From contig LVLI01000194.1 in assembly GCA_001687465.1 (NCBI GenBank), forward strand, positions 124,001 through 188,000: DNA of 64,000 nucleotides, read 5' to 3'. A program made the position numbers and the translations under genes. The DNA comes from Halocafeteria seosinensis. Taxonomy: Eukaryota. Below are positions 25,122-38,262 of this stretch, in pieces (within the stretch, counting starts at the first letter, position 1; each line of letters begins with the position of its first letter). Below the pieces are notes generated by a model. That model searched no databases. It had not been told where the DNA came from and was given only the letters and a program-made list of their open reading frames with translations.

Positions 25122-26344
25122 ATGTCTTCCACCAATAATTCGGCAGCGGCAGCGGCTTCGGCCTCCACTTCCTCCACAACTTCGAACGGTGGTCGCCAAA
25201 GTTTCAAGGAAGCCTTCGCGTTTGTACGAGCGTCTTCTCACTACCAGGCCAGCACTGCAAGTACAGCACATAGCAGCGCTTCGGCGTCATCTACCTCGCG
25301 AACGGAGCACCAGCGAGACTCAAGGTATCCCAATGTTCGAGTGTCGACTTTGCCGGCGGAAGTTCGCGGTGGATCGTTTCCATTGTTGGTCAATGAACGA
25401 CAGCGTGGAAACCCTGTATTACAGCACATTAAACGGGTCGTGTGGGAATTCGCTCCCGTGCGTCCCGACTATGTTATGAGTAAGTCAGCAGATTCCAGAG
25501 GCAGATTCTCGCAACAGCAACGACATTCCTGTGTGATGACTTCAGGTCGTACCTCCTGTGCATTATTTCTAAGTATACGATACCATTTGTTGCATCCAAA
25601 CTATATATTCGAAAGAATGAGGGATTTAAAGCAAAGCTATGAACTGCGGATTTTAATCGTCCTGGTTGATGTAGACGACTGCGACGAACCATTGCGCAAC
25701 ATCTGCAACCTGGCGTGTATGTCTGAGTTCACAGCCATTCTTTCCTGGACAGCTAAAGAAGCAGCAAGGTACGATTGGGCCACTTTGTTTTCCGATTACG
25801 TCTTCATTATTGTATTGCTAATTCGAAAGTAATTGTTCACAGGTACTTGGAGACCTTTAAAGCTTATGAAAAGAAAGCACCTGAGGACATCCAAGGCAAG
25901 ACCGACAACTCCTACACCTCTCAGTTCGCTGAAGTAATGACAAAAATTAGAGGTATCAATAAAACCGATAGTAGTACACTCATGTCAGAGTTCAGCAACT
26001 TAGCCGGTGTATCAGGAGCAGACCCGGACTCTCTGTCACAATGCCCGGGCTTTGGCGATAAGAAGGTTCAAAATGTGCTTAGCGCAATGCACAAGCCTTT
26101 CTCCTCTTCTGGACCTTCAAATATCCAACGCAGAAAAGTGGGAATGGAATCGGTAAATCAATGGAGGTCTAGGTCACAGCGCTCGAGTCGCAAAGAAGCC
26201 TACGATCCAAAGGAAGACGAAGACTATCGACCAAGCTCCGTCGCTGATCAACGTGGTTCGGAGGATCATCGTTCAACTCCACATGCCTACGAAGACATCA
26301 CATCTTCGAATGCTGCTGAGAAAGAAGTAATTGAACTCGCATGA
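25122..26344 (+). CDS. ERCC1: DNA excision repair protein ERCC1/Rad10
   Basis: LVNERQRGNPVLQHI, ALFLSIRYHLLHPNYI, SWTAKEAARYLETFK, and C-terminal HhH2 (IRGINKTD, CPGFGDKK). Confidence 0.93.
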
Positions 26345-26377
26345 GGACCCATCCCTTATTCTGTTTTTTCCCTCACA

Positions 26378-28043
26378 TTAGTAATGCAACGACCTTTGCG
26401 ATTTCAGAGGACGACCCGAGGTCAAGGGTTGTTGGGGATCCTCGGCACTGTGAGGAGCCGATGAACGTCCTGTTGAGGGAGTACTGGGCGTCGCTGGTCC
26501 AGTCGGTTGTAGATATGGGTGTTTCAAAGCCTCATGCGCTGAAATCCTGTGTTTAGGATCAAGGTGGAGCATCTTCTGGAGTAAATCAAGAGCTTCTTCA
26601 GGTACATCCGGGACCACAAACTTCAGTGGTTTTGACGGCCACTGTGGAAACCAAGTCTTGAATTGAGGTAACTTCGTAATACCTGGCCAACTGTTCTCTG
26701 TGGGTGTGCCGAGAACTCTGCAAGTTTCGTCAGTGGAGTTGAATACAAGCTTGGCAACAATGTAGACTGGCAGCAGTTCGAACGCATACCTGAAAATTCT
26801 AAATATTTGATCGATTTCAGAATCCCCCGGGAATAAGATCTTCCTTGTAAGAAGTTCATACAGTAAGCACCCGGCACTCCAAACATCGATAGCGGTAGTG
26901 TAGTGACTCTCTCCCAGCAGGATTTCTGGTGCTCGGTACCAGAGGGTAACCACCTCATGAGTATACTGTCGGATAGGGATCCCAAACACACGACTGAGGC
27001 CAAAATCAGCAAGTTTTACGCATCCGTCATTACCAAGTAATATATTTTGTGGCTGCGGAAGGAGAAACAGCGTAATCGGCAAGCTTACCTCGTTCATGAA
27101 GGATTTGCTTTCTTACCTTTATATCTCTGTGAATCACAATATTGGCATGGCAGTAAGCCAATGCTCGCAATAGCTGTCTTATGACAGACTGCAATTGACA
27201 TGAATTTTGTTGATGGGTTAAATTGGAAATAAATCCATGAGACGGGACAAAGCCTACCTTAATTATGGCTTCTGAGAGTGGTGCTGTGCCATAGCTATCC
27301 AATGCCTTACGCAGATCTGCAACGGACAATACGGGCTCATATGTGAATAAACGATTTATTCAGACGAAAAGGAGGCCGACTACATAGGAAGCAAATAGTG
27401 GTCAATTTTCCTCGATTCCTCGTTCTCTTCAACTTCGGACTAGAATTCCTTTACTACCTCGGGACGGAATATAGCTTCGATTCCTTTCCCTTATTTCGGC
27501 GCTCTTACGCTACGTCTTACGGAGAAACAAACTTACCAGTGTAAAGATATTCAAAGCACATCCACAATGTGGAGGACTCATCATCTATGATAGCTTCATT
27601 GAGACTCACAATGTTGGGGTGCCGGAGTCTCTTGAGGATAGATATTTCACGCATCGCCGTGGATGGAATCCCTTCATCTTCCATCACAATACGCACTCGT
27701 TTTAGTGCTACTAGTTTGTTAGGGTCATCGTCACGTAATGCCAAGTCTTTGGCGCAATATACAGTCCCATAAGTTCCCTGAAACATGGAAAAGGAATTTT
27801 TTGAGTTTCAAAGGAGAATTGGGAACACTCAAACAAAAGGAATTCCTCGTTTCCTCGGCGATCCGATGATATCAATTATTTACAACATACCTGTCCTATA
27901 CGATTTATTCGTTCATATCGTTTTATCCCAGGCCCAAGTGTCTGCTTCGTTTCAAACGTGTCCGTAGTATCTTCTTTTTGAGAAGGCGCGGCGAGCTTTG
28001 ACCGGCGACACAAGTTGGAGGAATTTCTAGTTCTTTTCATCAT
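26378..28043 (-). CDS. Cyclin-dependent kinase, CDK1/2-like (PSTAMRE), multi-exon
   Basis: IGQGTYGTVY, VALKRVR, EGIPSTAMREISILK, HRDIKPQN, KLADFGL, YTHEVVTLWYRAPE, FPGDSEIDQ. Confidence 0.92.
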
Positions 28044-28553
28044 GTTTCTCTTCCACGTCTGATAGATTGTCTGTTTTACATCTATATATACAGTAGCCTT
28101 TTATCAATGATTTGATCCGAGTTTCAACAAAAAGAAGAGCGGTGTATCTCGTCCCAAGTAGCTAAAACTCAGGCATCCTCCTGTCAGAGAAAAACCCTGC
28201 CTCCGTAATAGCGGACACAATAACAATTATACCGATCAAGCAAAATGAGATATGCTATGTGCTTTCTATCAAGTTATTCACCTAGCTAATCATACCCAAC
28301 AGGGGTTGTATATCAACACTAGAGGAAGGGAATCACTTGGGGTATCTTGTTTGAAAGGAGTACACTGCAGACATCGTTTGAATTTTAACTTCACAGTCAA
28401 GCCTTGACTCAAAAGCTCCAAGGCTAAGATCAAGAATCGAGTACTCCTGCCATGGATCCTCGTTTATTTTTATATCCATGAATACACTAGGAACGACTGC
28501 GTCGCAACCCCATGGGTAGCTATCCTAACTCAGCATGTTGAAGTGGTGTCGTC

Positions 28554-30827
28554 TCAGAAGAAGTCAAAGGGGTTGTCTTCCTCCACATCTTCATTTTGGT
28601 TCTGTCCAGCACCTTGATGCAAGCTATTATCAGCTTCAGTGCTAGTAGCAATTTGATAAGAATATTGAGGCGGAGTGTGAGCAGGCTCACCATTATAGTG
28701 GTTCCGGTTCGATTTCTGCTGAGGGTTAGGCAATTCGACTCCAAGGTCAGCCGTCAAATTGGCGAACGCTGCAAAACCCGACATCGATGATGCTACGAAA
28801 CTCATGCATGAAAAACAAGATGTCACTTACGGTCCGGAGAGTTTTGTTTCTGTGGGGTGGCATTAGTGGAATCAGGGGTAACGAAATCGTTGACTGAAGG
28901 AGGTGGTGAGGTAGGCCCATAGTTCCTCGCACGCGCTCCGGCTTCATGGAATGGATCCCCCGGGGACTGATACGTTCCATGAGGAGTTGGATGAGGTGGA
29001 GTAGCCTCACCAAGTTGCCCTTGGGGCATCCCATATGGCTGTCCACCGTAGGGATAGTATGCTTGTGGAGGGAATCCTTGTGACCCAGACGGATACATTG
29101 ACGCTCCATTCTGGTAGTATGCGGCCTGCGGTGGGAAGCCCTGAGAACTCTGCGGAGGCGCTCCAAACTGCTGCTGGTATTGGTACGCCGGGTGCTGGGG
29201 TGGAACACCGCGTGGTCCCATTCCCGGGTAACCCTGAGGAGGCATTTGTGGAGGTGGACTACCACCTGGAGGGCCTTGTTGTGGTGCATATCCGTAGCCT
29301 CTCGGAGGGCCTCCTTGCGGCGGCATCCCTGCAGCAGGTACTTGCTGCGGAGGGTAAGCCATCTGATGAGGATGTGAGCCCATTCCGTACTGTTGGGGGA
29401 GCTGGTTCGGATGGCTAGGAGGCGCTTGTGGCATTTGTGGTGGTGGTGGTGGTTGCTGTTGCTCCTGCATTGAGGGAATTTCTTCCATAATTTCATCAAA
29501 CGCACTCATTGGGTCATCCCGCTTATCTGAGGCTTCTTCTTGTTGTTGTTGCTGCTGCTGAGGAGCAGGTGGCAGATTTGCTGAAGTTATGCGGCCTGTA
29601 CTGGTTTGTTGAGTCGTTTCAGGTCCTCCGAAGGAGGTCCACTCATCATCATGATGGCCATGAGAAAGCTGATTCGATTGCGGTATATCGTCAGTAGCAA
29701 ACGGGTCGGCATTCCCCTGCTCAAAGTCTGTTGCCCAATCATTAGCCTGTGGTTTATTAGCTTGCGGAGCTGGTGCGGGCTGCTCAAAAGGGTCTTCGAA
29801 CGTTGCTTCCCACTCAACTCCAGTGTTGGCGCTTGCTTGGCCACCAGCATTTTTAGGGTTGTGAGAAGCACTAGCAGGGGTCTTACGCTGCTGTTGGTGA
29901 TTCGCGGCGCTGAAGTCGACTTCCCAATTGGAACCCTGGGATGACGGTGCACCCATCCCAAAGACATCATCAATATCATTAGCTTGCTGACTCGGTTGTT
30001 GGGATGAGTGTGGCTTAGAGGAATGCTGATCCCCAGAAGGTCTCCGAATGCCGGAGGGCTTGCGCTGCGGCTTAGGGTGTGTCCCCTTTGGTTTCTCATC
30101 GAAGCCTTCCCCCCACGGGTCCGATTGGGTCGCATCCTGAGAATCAAAGTTAAACCCGGAAGTGTCTCCCTTTGAATTGGATTTTGGAGTCGACGATACA
30201 CTGTGGCGGCTTGAGCCGGTGCCATGTTTCTTCTTGCTTGCCCCTTCAGGGTCATACCACCTGCAGACACAGCAGAGGGGCACATCACCGCCATGCTCCC
30301 ACCTTTCATCAACTATACACTAAACATACTTCTTGTCTATATACTTTGCCTGGATATGAGCTTTCTTCGCGGCGATATCGCCATCGTTAAAATGAGGCAA
30401 GTTACTGTCGTCCCACTTAGCAAGCCAGATCTTGCGCGCTTCCTTGTTACCAATTAGTCCATTGATTTCCTCCTGTTTGAATGAACCTAGACCTAGACCC
30501 TTAACACGAAAATTGAAAGAGCGCCTGCAATGCAAAGTTTCGATTCGGCTGCTTGTACGGAAGGGCTGGGCTGCTAAAGTGTGAACACGTACAGAATTCC
30601 ACTACACTCTTCACACACAAACGTTCCGTGAGTCACGCAAATATATCGCGGACCCTGCACACCACACACGAGGTCAAAATCGAAACTAAAGATGTGAGAA
30701 AGCCTTACACAAAGCGTTCCTAGGAGGACGATGAGTTACAAACCTGTGTTTGGCATTCAAAGCAATACTTGTTCGATTTCTTCTTCTTAAGATCCTTTAG
30801 CTGCCCTTCCATGCTTGGCGAACTCAT
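28554..30827 (-). CDS. ArfGAP-domain protein (AGFG/HRB-like) with a long P/Q/G-rich disordered tail
   Basis: CFEC...FVCEECSGILRSFNFRVK zinc finger with arginine finger, GNKEARKIWLAKW, IQAKYIDKKW; DPW/DPF motifs; last exon ends NPFDFF. Confidence 0.85.
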
Positions 30828-31359
30828 GGTTTCTGATGCTTCCTATACTTTTTCCCGGGTTATATGCACTCCCGTGTTGGTCCAAAAACGCAACTTATCA
30901 CAGTGAATAGCCCCCTTATTCAAGAAATGGTGTTCTTTTTCTCCTTGCGGCGTAGGAGTTCTACCGAGGTTTTCAGCTCAACGCACGCCGTATACTCCTC
31001 AGAAAGGAAGGGTTTCGAGTAGAAGCTATGTAATACTATCATGAGAGAGTATATAGACTTCTAACAAAGATACACACCTTCCGTACGAGGCTGGACAAGC
31101 TGCGTTTTCTGGAGGAATCTTTGGCACAAGAAAAGATTGACGTGTTGTCCCTGGCATGCTACTCTCCTTTTCCTAGCGCACTTGTGGATATCAAAGGTGT
31201 TTAAATTTATTGATTGTCCCTTGTATATAGAGAGGACGCTAATTCATTCTTTGAAAAGGGTTTCGGCTGTTGAGAAAGTCTGGAGGCGGCGAAGACGATC
31301 TATAAAGAAGCTCATCCCAGCAGAGTTAGTCTCTCGTCCAGGAAAGTGCTCCTAGCAAC

Positions 31360-32482
31360 ATGGGTGACGCAGGATACGACCGTCAATTGACGGTCTTTTC
31401 TCCTGAAGGTCGTCTCTTCCAGATTGGTAAGCAGCTACACAAGTTTCTATTCACAAGCTCTCGAGGATTGAGCCATACAGTGGCATAACTACAAAAAGAT
31501 TCTGAAAGGGAGGATACAGGGGAAGATTTCCTCTGCGTACATCGAGGCTTAATGCTATTCACTTAGATATGATTTGGAGCAAAGTAGTGTCCGATAGGTT
31601 TAATAATTTCATGAGGATGGGTGTGTGCAGAGTATGCCTTCAAAGCCGCCAAGAGCAGTGAGATGACATCAGTTGGCGTTCGAGGAAGTGAATGTGTAGT
31701 GTTAGCCACTCAAAAGAAAGTGAAGGTAAGGCTTAAGCGCAATATTGCAGCTACAGTGTAAAATTTAACATATTTTTTTGTGTTCAGGACAACCTGATTG
31801 ATGCTTCATTTGTGACCAATATCTACAAAGTGACAGAGAACTTGGGAGCGGTTATGACAGGAATAGCACGTAAGTAGTTCAGAGCGATCGTAAAAGTCGA
31901 GTTGTTAAATAAAAGCTTTTGGAAACCATTACAGCCGATTCGCGGGCGATGATCCAGCGAGCTCGCCAGAAAGCCGTGAACTTCTTCCATACAAATGGCT
32001 ACGAAATGCCAGTCGAGTTTTTAGCCAAGAAGATGGCTGATGATAATCAGATTTATACACAGTACGCGATGAAGCGAGCTTTCGGTGTTGTTAGTATTTT
32101 AGGTGCTGTGGATGAAGAAAGTGGACCACAATTGTTCCGTGTGGATCCTGCTGGACATTATGTTGGATTCAAAGCTTGTGCCGCCGGTCTTAAGGAGCAG
32201 GAGGCTACTAATTGGCTAGAAAAAAGAGTGCAAGAGAATGCTCAAGCAGATGAGAGGACTGCATTGCATAGGGCAATAAGCTGTTTGCAGACTGTACTAG
32301 GTACGGATTTCCGAAGTGACGAGTTGGAGGTGGCTATCATCCGGAAAGGTGAAAGGTAAGCCTGCCTGCTATCCACAAGCAGGTCTTCACGTTGCTAAGT
32401 ACCTCCCCTATCTTGCAGGTTAAATCGACTCTCTGAAAACGAAATTGATGGCCATTTGACTGCAATAGCGGAAGAAAACTAA
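31360..32482 (+). CDS. PSMA6: 20S proteasome subunit alpha-1 (PSMA6/SCL1)
   Basis: [72 protein letters not shown]. Confidence 0.95.
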
Positions 32483-32507
32483 GCTGCTCCGAATATAGTG
32501 TCCTCTA

Positions 32508-33689
32508 TCATTTTTCCGGTAGCCAAAATGAAACTATATGATCAGCTGATACCAGTAGCTGTTTGCTCGGGTTTACTCCTACGGCTGTGACCATTCGCTG
32601 ATGCCCTGTTTTCTGCTCTTTGCCTTCCTCCTTTCCTTTATCGCCGTCTGTCGAAGATCTATCTCCTATGTTGCGTACTTTCCATGCTGAATGCGTTAAA
32701 TCGCAACTCCACACGTTACCACTGCGGCATCCAGCGACAAGCTCTTGTGGACCACCACCTGCTGAAATGTTGGACGTGATTTCTTCATGAGGAATATAGG
32801 TGGAATTTTTCTTGGACAAGTCGGTCTTTTCATGAAGTGTAAGTACGTTACTCTGAGTTGACGTCACTGGGTCATCATTATAAAACGTCAGTCTGCAGTT
32901 CTTATGGTTGATTTGAGTCGGGATTTCGGCAGTCCTCACGATACAGCCCTGGAGGGAGGAGAAGCTGAACAATGACATATCGACATAGGGTGCCCAAAGC
33001 AAAACGCCGTACCTTGGATAAGTTTCTCACGTCGAACAATGCCAAACTACCTCTATTTGAAAGCGTCGCAAACTGAGCACCGCTGTTGCTGAAGCAGCAC
33101 CGATACCACACAGACGACGTGCCTTTTGACGATCCCTGAACATTATAAATGGAAACGGAACTCTGCGTTAATATTGCTTTGAAAATACGAAACAATGCTT
33201 GTGACGTACCACTGGCATCGGTTTCCTAAGATCCCACAGAATCACCCTTCCATCTCCTGCCGCTGACAGGAATGTATCTGATTTGGGCGACATCGAAATG
33301 CTGGTAGGTGGCCCATCATGGGACTTGAAGAACCTCAATATCTTGTTATCGTACAGACTGTGGTAGCTAATAAGTCCACACTTCCGCGAATCTCTCGTAG
33401 TCGCTGCATGTACTACGCATAGCGGATGATGAGTGAATTGTATCAAACTGCATCCGACTTGTTTGGAGTGATAGACACTTTCCCTCTCCCCTGTTTCGCA
33501 AGAGTACAGGTCGATGATTCCATCCTGATGGGACGAAGCACACAGACTACCGTCATCACTAAATGATATCCCATTAGCCAATGCTGGCCCACTTGGTGGA
33601 GGTGCTTCCTTGCTCTGTTTCGCCTGTTTTTTAGGTTGCTGCTGAGGTCGGGCAGTATGAGCGAATGTGGCACTCACTCGCCACTCCAT
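32508..33689 (-). CDS. WDR82: WD40 protein WDR82/Swd2
   Basis: SKQVGCSLIQFTHH, YHSLYDNKILRFFKSH, SMSPKSDTFLSAAGDGRVILWDLR, and terminal VSFWLP. Confidence 0.85.
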
Positions 33690-33876
33690 TATGCATGTCT
33701 GATACTAGCACTTATAATCAACTACAATCCATAATTATTTTGCTTACAAAACCTTTCTGGGCATGTCCAATGACGATCTAAACTTCCTGGTAGAATGGCG
33801 GCTTTTCACAACGTCATCCGATGGGCGGAGCATGGGCCCCTGTAGAAGTACTTTCCGCCCTCGGTGCTGACGGAGC

Positions 33877-34060
33877 ATACTTACCTTGGAGGCGCTCGCG
33901 GGTGATCAAGTAGGCCCGTGACGTGGTGCGGAGCAGGGCATTGCACGCGGCGGGGTTCCGGTTCGCTGGTTCCATCGTCGTGCCGTCTGTAAAGCACCAG
34001 GATCAGTCGAATGACTGAGTCCACTCCCTAATTTTTGCCTGGCTCCCTTCGGGGACTTCG
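33877..34060 (+). ncRNA. U1: U1 spliceosomal snRNA
   Basis: 5' ATACTTACCT; stem-loop I with loop GATCAAGTAG; stem-loop II with ATTGCAC (U1A site); helix H GGAG/CTCC; Sm site AATTTTTG at 34030-34037; terminal TCCC-TTCG-GGGA hairpin. Confidence 0.93.
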
Positions 34061-35176
34061 CTCTATACCCGCTCAATAAAAGAAATTAACCCATCGACTA
34101 GAACACCGTCTCCGATGCGCATGCGTAGACGACTCCATGAAAGGCTACACGTAAGGAGACATGCCAACGCTAAATTCTGCCAAAGTCGATGGCTGTCATA
34201 AATTGGCATTATATGGTAGTTATACGGCATTACTAACTTACACCTCTGTGCTCGTTGTTCAGCACAATAGGTACTGCTGTACATACATGTATCGTGTGGT
34301 CACTGTAGAGGTTCTGATTACTGAGTGGATGGCGAGACCACGACGTCGCAAACTGGATGAAACACCATTGGCCCCAGTTATCATGTGCGTTCTCTATTTC
34401 TAGGTAGACAGGGGTACCAGGTAGAAAGGCGGAAGCCCAGCCTATTGGTCTCGGTCCTTGCGTAAGTAGGCAAGACATCAAGATCATGGCCGTGCTGTAT
34501 TCCTCCAAATATTGTCCCCTCTCAGGAACAAAACACGTGAGTGTTCTTCCCTGGAGGTTCATCTAGTCGCTTATCCCTACTCAAAGGTTGAGGCTAATAA
34601 TCCGAAAGTGAGGACGTTGTCGTTCTGACAGCAGGGGACCTGTCGACCATCGAATAGTGAAGTGCAAACTTTCATTACTTGAATATGATAGTGGAGCTTC
34701 TCGTCTTCACTGCTTGATAGGAAGAGTGCTTGGCATTCCAACGTCATACAAGTTAATATGCTGGTGCTTCGCCAAAGAAATACAGTGGGATGACTCACAC
34801 GAGTCTTCAACCACCACTTCAGTTCCAGTCTTGGCGGCCTACCAAGTGATACAGCAATAAACCTGCTCGAAAGCTGTCATCAATTAAAGCATGCGACAAA
34901 CGTACGGTATCCACCCTTGCAACCCCACGGCCTCTTGGTATGGTCATCGTCCTGTTGAAGAGTTCAACCGCGTGATGACGTTTCTGCAGTGCAGAACTTC
35001 TTCATTCTCACTCTTAGCTCTTAGTATAATCTAATCAGTTGGGGTTGATGCAAACTTTCAGCTTGGTTTCCTAAGAACGTACCTACCCGTTGAATACGCG
35101 TCTCAATTTGCGGATAAGTGAAGGCATTCTCTTGCTATAAGCACTTAGTTGAAGAGACGGCACCGCGGCAAGAAAG

Positions 35177-37933
35177 ATGGACGACAACGACCGTAATAAC
35201 GCGCCCATGGTGCAGCCCTCCAAGCATGCTCAAGAGAGAGCTCACATCTCTTCCATGGAAGAGTATAAGAAGCTGTATAAGGAGTCTATTGAAAATCCGG
35301 AGGTGTTTTGGGCCCGAATGGCGCGTGAAAACCTGCACTGGTAAGGGATCCGTCATGGTGTAAACCGACGTTTGTCGCCTTTATGGCCGATTTCTATACT
35401 CTCCCACCAGGTTTCGCGATTTCCAAACTGTAAAAGGAGGGTCCTTTGAGGAAGGAGATGTCCATTGGTTTGCTGAAGGCCAGCTGAACGTATGCTACAA
35501 TTGCGTTGACCGCCATATTGCCGAACGCGGCGACAAAGTGGCTATCATCCATGAAGGAGATGAACCTGGAAACGTCACCAAGTATACATACAAGGATTTA
35601 TTGAGAGAGGTGTCAAAAGTCGCAAACGTCATGAAATCCTACGGAGTCCAGAAAGGGGATACTGTGGCAATGTAGGTACCGCGAAGATACAGTCCAACCC
35701 AAGATCTTTTTTGAATCTTCTGCACTCCTCTCTTTCGCATGCAGATACATGCCTATGGTCCCTCAAGTCGCATTCGTTATTTTGGCTTGTGCAAGAATTG
35801 GAGCCATACACTCGGTTGTGTTTGCTGGATTTTCGTCGGATTCTTTGCGTGATCGCATTAGGGATGCTCAGTCGAAATGGGTATTTACTTGTGATGAAGG
35901 CCGACGAGGAGGGAAAACTATCCCGCTGAAACAGACAACGGATAAAGGTTAGTGAAAGAAGTTGCCGTAGTTAACCGATTCGCATGAAACCATCGGCATT
36001 CTGCTTTTTTTCGCGCAGCCGTTGATCAATGTCGCTGTGTTGAGCACGTGTTTGTGTACAAGCGTACGAACAATCCAAAAGTTTCCTACTCTGAGCGTGA
36101 CGTAAGTCTAAACACGGGTTACGCGATTTTTGGAATTCCTTCATAGTGAATGGATTCGCAGGTAATGATGGATGATGAAGTATCTTTGGCCAGACCCTAC
36201 TGTCCCGCTCTCACTCTGGATGCTGAAGACCCACTCTTTATCTTGTACACGTCAGGTAAGCTCTCTGTTATCTTCACCGTCCTACGTCATCGGTACAGTT
36301 TGGACTCTCCTGTGGATCCAGGTTCTACTGGAAAGCCCAAGGGAGTCCAGCACAGCCAAGCTGGATACATCTTGCATACTATGCTCACTCTGAAGTAAGC
36401 CTGAATATTGCTTGTACTTCTTGAATTCTAGCCCCCCTAATTCAGTGTCTGGCTCATCAGATATGTTTTTGACTATCGAGAAAACGACATATTTGCTTGT
36501 GTCGCTGATTGCGGATGGATAACCGGACATTCGTATATCCTGTATGGCCCGCTTGCCAATGGCGCTACAACGGTGATGTTTGAAGGAACTCCTGTGTATC
36601 CTCACAAGGGAAGGTAAGGGTACTTGTATAGATGGGAGTAACCATTCCATTGTAAACAAAATGCCTGTTGCAGATACTGGGAGATGATACAGACTCACCA
36701 GATCAATCAGCTCTACACCGCTCCTACGGCCATTCGCTCACTAATGAAATGTGGCACCGCCCCCATGGAAGGTTATGACTTATCATCCCTGAGAGTCTTA
36801 GGGACTGTGGGAGAACCCATCAATCCTGAAGCATGGAATTGGTGGTACGAAAATGTCGGCCAAAAGCGGTGCTCCGTTGTTGACACTTTCTGGCAAACTG
36901 AGACGTAAGCAGTTCTCGGAAAATGATGAAGTAGCCTCCTTCGCTGCATGCTATTTTTGGGATACAGTGGAGGAATCATGATCACTCCCTTACCCGGCGC
37001 CACCCCAATGAAGCCAGGTAGTGCAACTCTGCCGTTCTTCGGTGTGGATGTTGCACTTCTGGACAAGGATAGTGGCAAAGAACAAGAAGGTAACGAAGTC
37101 AAAGGAGTCGTTTGTATGAAGCAGACTTGGCCGTCAGTAGCACGAACTATTTACGGAGACCACGAGCGGTTTCTGAAGACTTACATGAAACCGTACAAGG
37201 GTAAGTCATTTCCCACCCTCGTGCTACTTGTCCGTTGTGCGACAACAACGACGTTAACTAGATGCAGGCTATTACTTTACCGGCGACGGTGGTTTCCGAG
37301 ATAAGGACGGCTACATTTGGATTACTGGAAGAGTGGACGGTTAGTGCCATCTCCTTCGGAGCCTTCGTCCAAAGTAGAATACTTATCGAAGACTTTTTGC
37401 AGATGTCTTGAACGTATCGGGTCATCGACTGGGGAGTGCCGAAATTGAAAGCTGTCTAGTAGCACATTCCGATGTCGCCGAGGCCGCCGTGATAGGTTTC
37501 CCTCACGACACTAAGGTACGCTCACGTTTCTTACGAATCTGTATGTTGTATAGCATCACATAGATGCGTAGCACTTGCCACAGGGAGAAGGAATTTGTTG
37601 CTATGTTACGGTTAAGGAACATGTCGACGAAACTGAGGAACTTGCTCAGGAGCTTCGAATGCAAGTCAGGAAGAGTATCGGTCCGTTTGCGACCCCGGAT
37701 TACGTGGTATTGACCTCTGTTCTACCGAAAACGCGTAGCGGGAAGATTATGCGCCGAGTTCTGCGGAAGATTATTTCGGGCGAGGTACGTTTGGAATCCT
37801 TTCATCAACTGCGTTCTTCACCAACAAGGTTATCCGCTCTCTGCAGACCGACCAACTCGGCGACGTGTCTACGTTGGCTGATAGCTCCGTTGTGGAGCAG
37901 CTCATTGAGAAAGTGAACCAACTCAAAAAATAA
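35177..37933 (+). CDS. ACS: Acetyl-CoA synthetase (AMP-forming), multi-exon
   Basis: [92 protein letters not shown]. Confidence 0.96.
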
Positions 37934-38262
37934 GCCGGGAAGCCGCACTTCTGACCATGTCCTTGAATCCGAGAGTGTTTTCCAACTAAAAATATCCCAC
38001 AATCCTGTGTTGTACCGTGAAGTCGGCTGTCGACGTGTACACGTTGAAGTAGATGCTTTTGCCCTGAGTTATTCGGCTCTCGGTGTGTATTCAACTAACT
38101 CTTGTGTATTGTTGTGTCATCCTGAGTTGTAGTTAACAGCATACCACAGCCTCCGGATAGTTCCATGAGTTGTTCACCTGGGTTTGCCCTGCTTCCAATC
38201 ACAGAGAAGAAGGGTAATACGCACCTCGGCAGAGCAAGTGCGAGCCTGTTGTGTGGAAGATA

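Noticed and set aside
28747..30312. Long alternative-frame ORFs (252 aa and 241 aa)
   Set aside because: They are shadows of the low-complexity ArfGAP tail.
34063..34860. Short ORFs between U1 and acetyl-CoA synthetase
   Set aside because: No recognisable motifs or consistent splice pattern; possibly decayed coding DNA, but unsupported.
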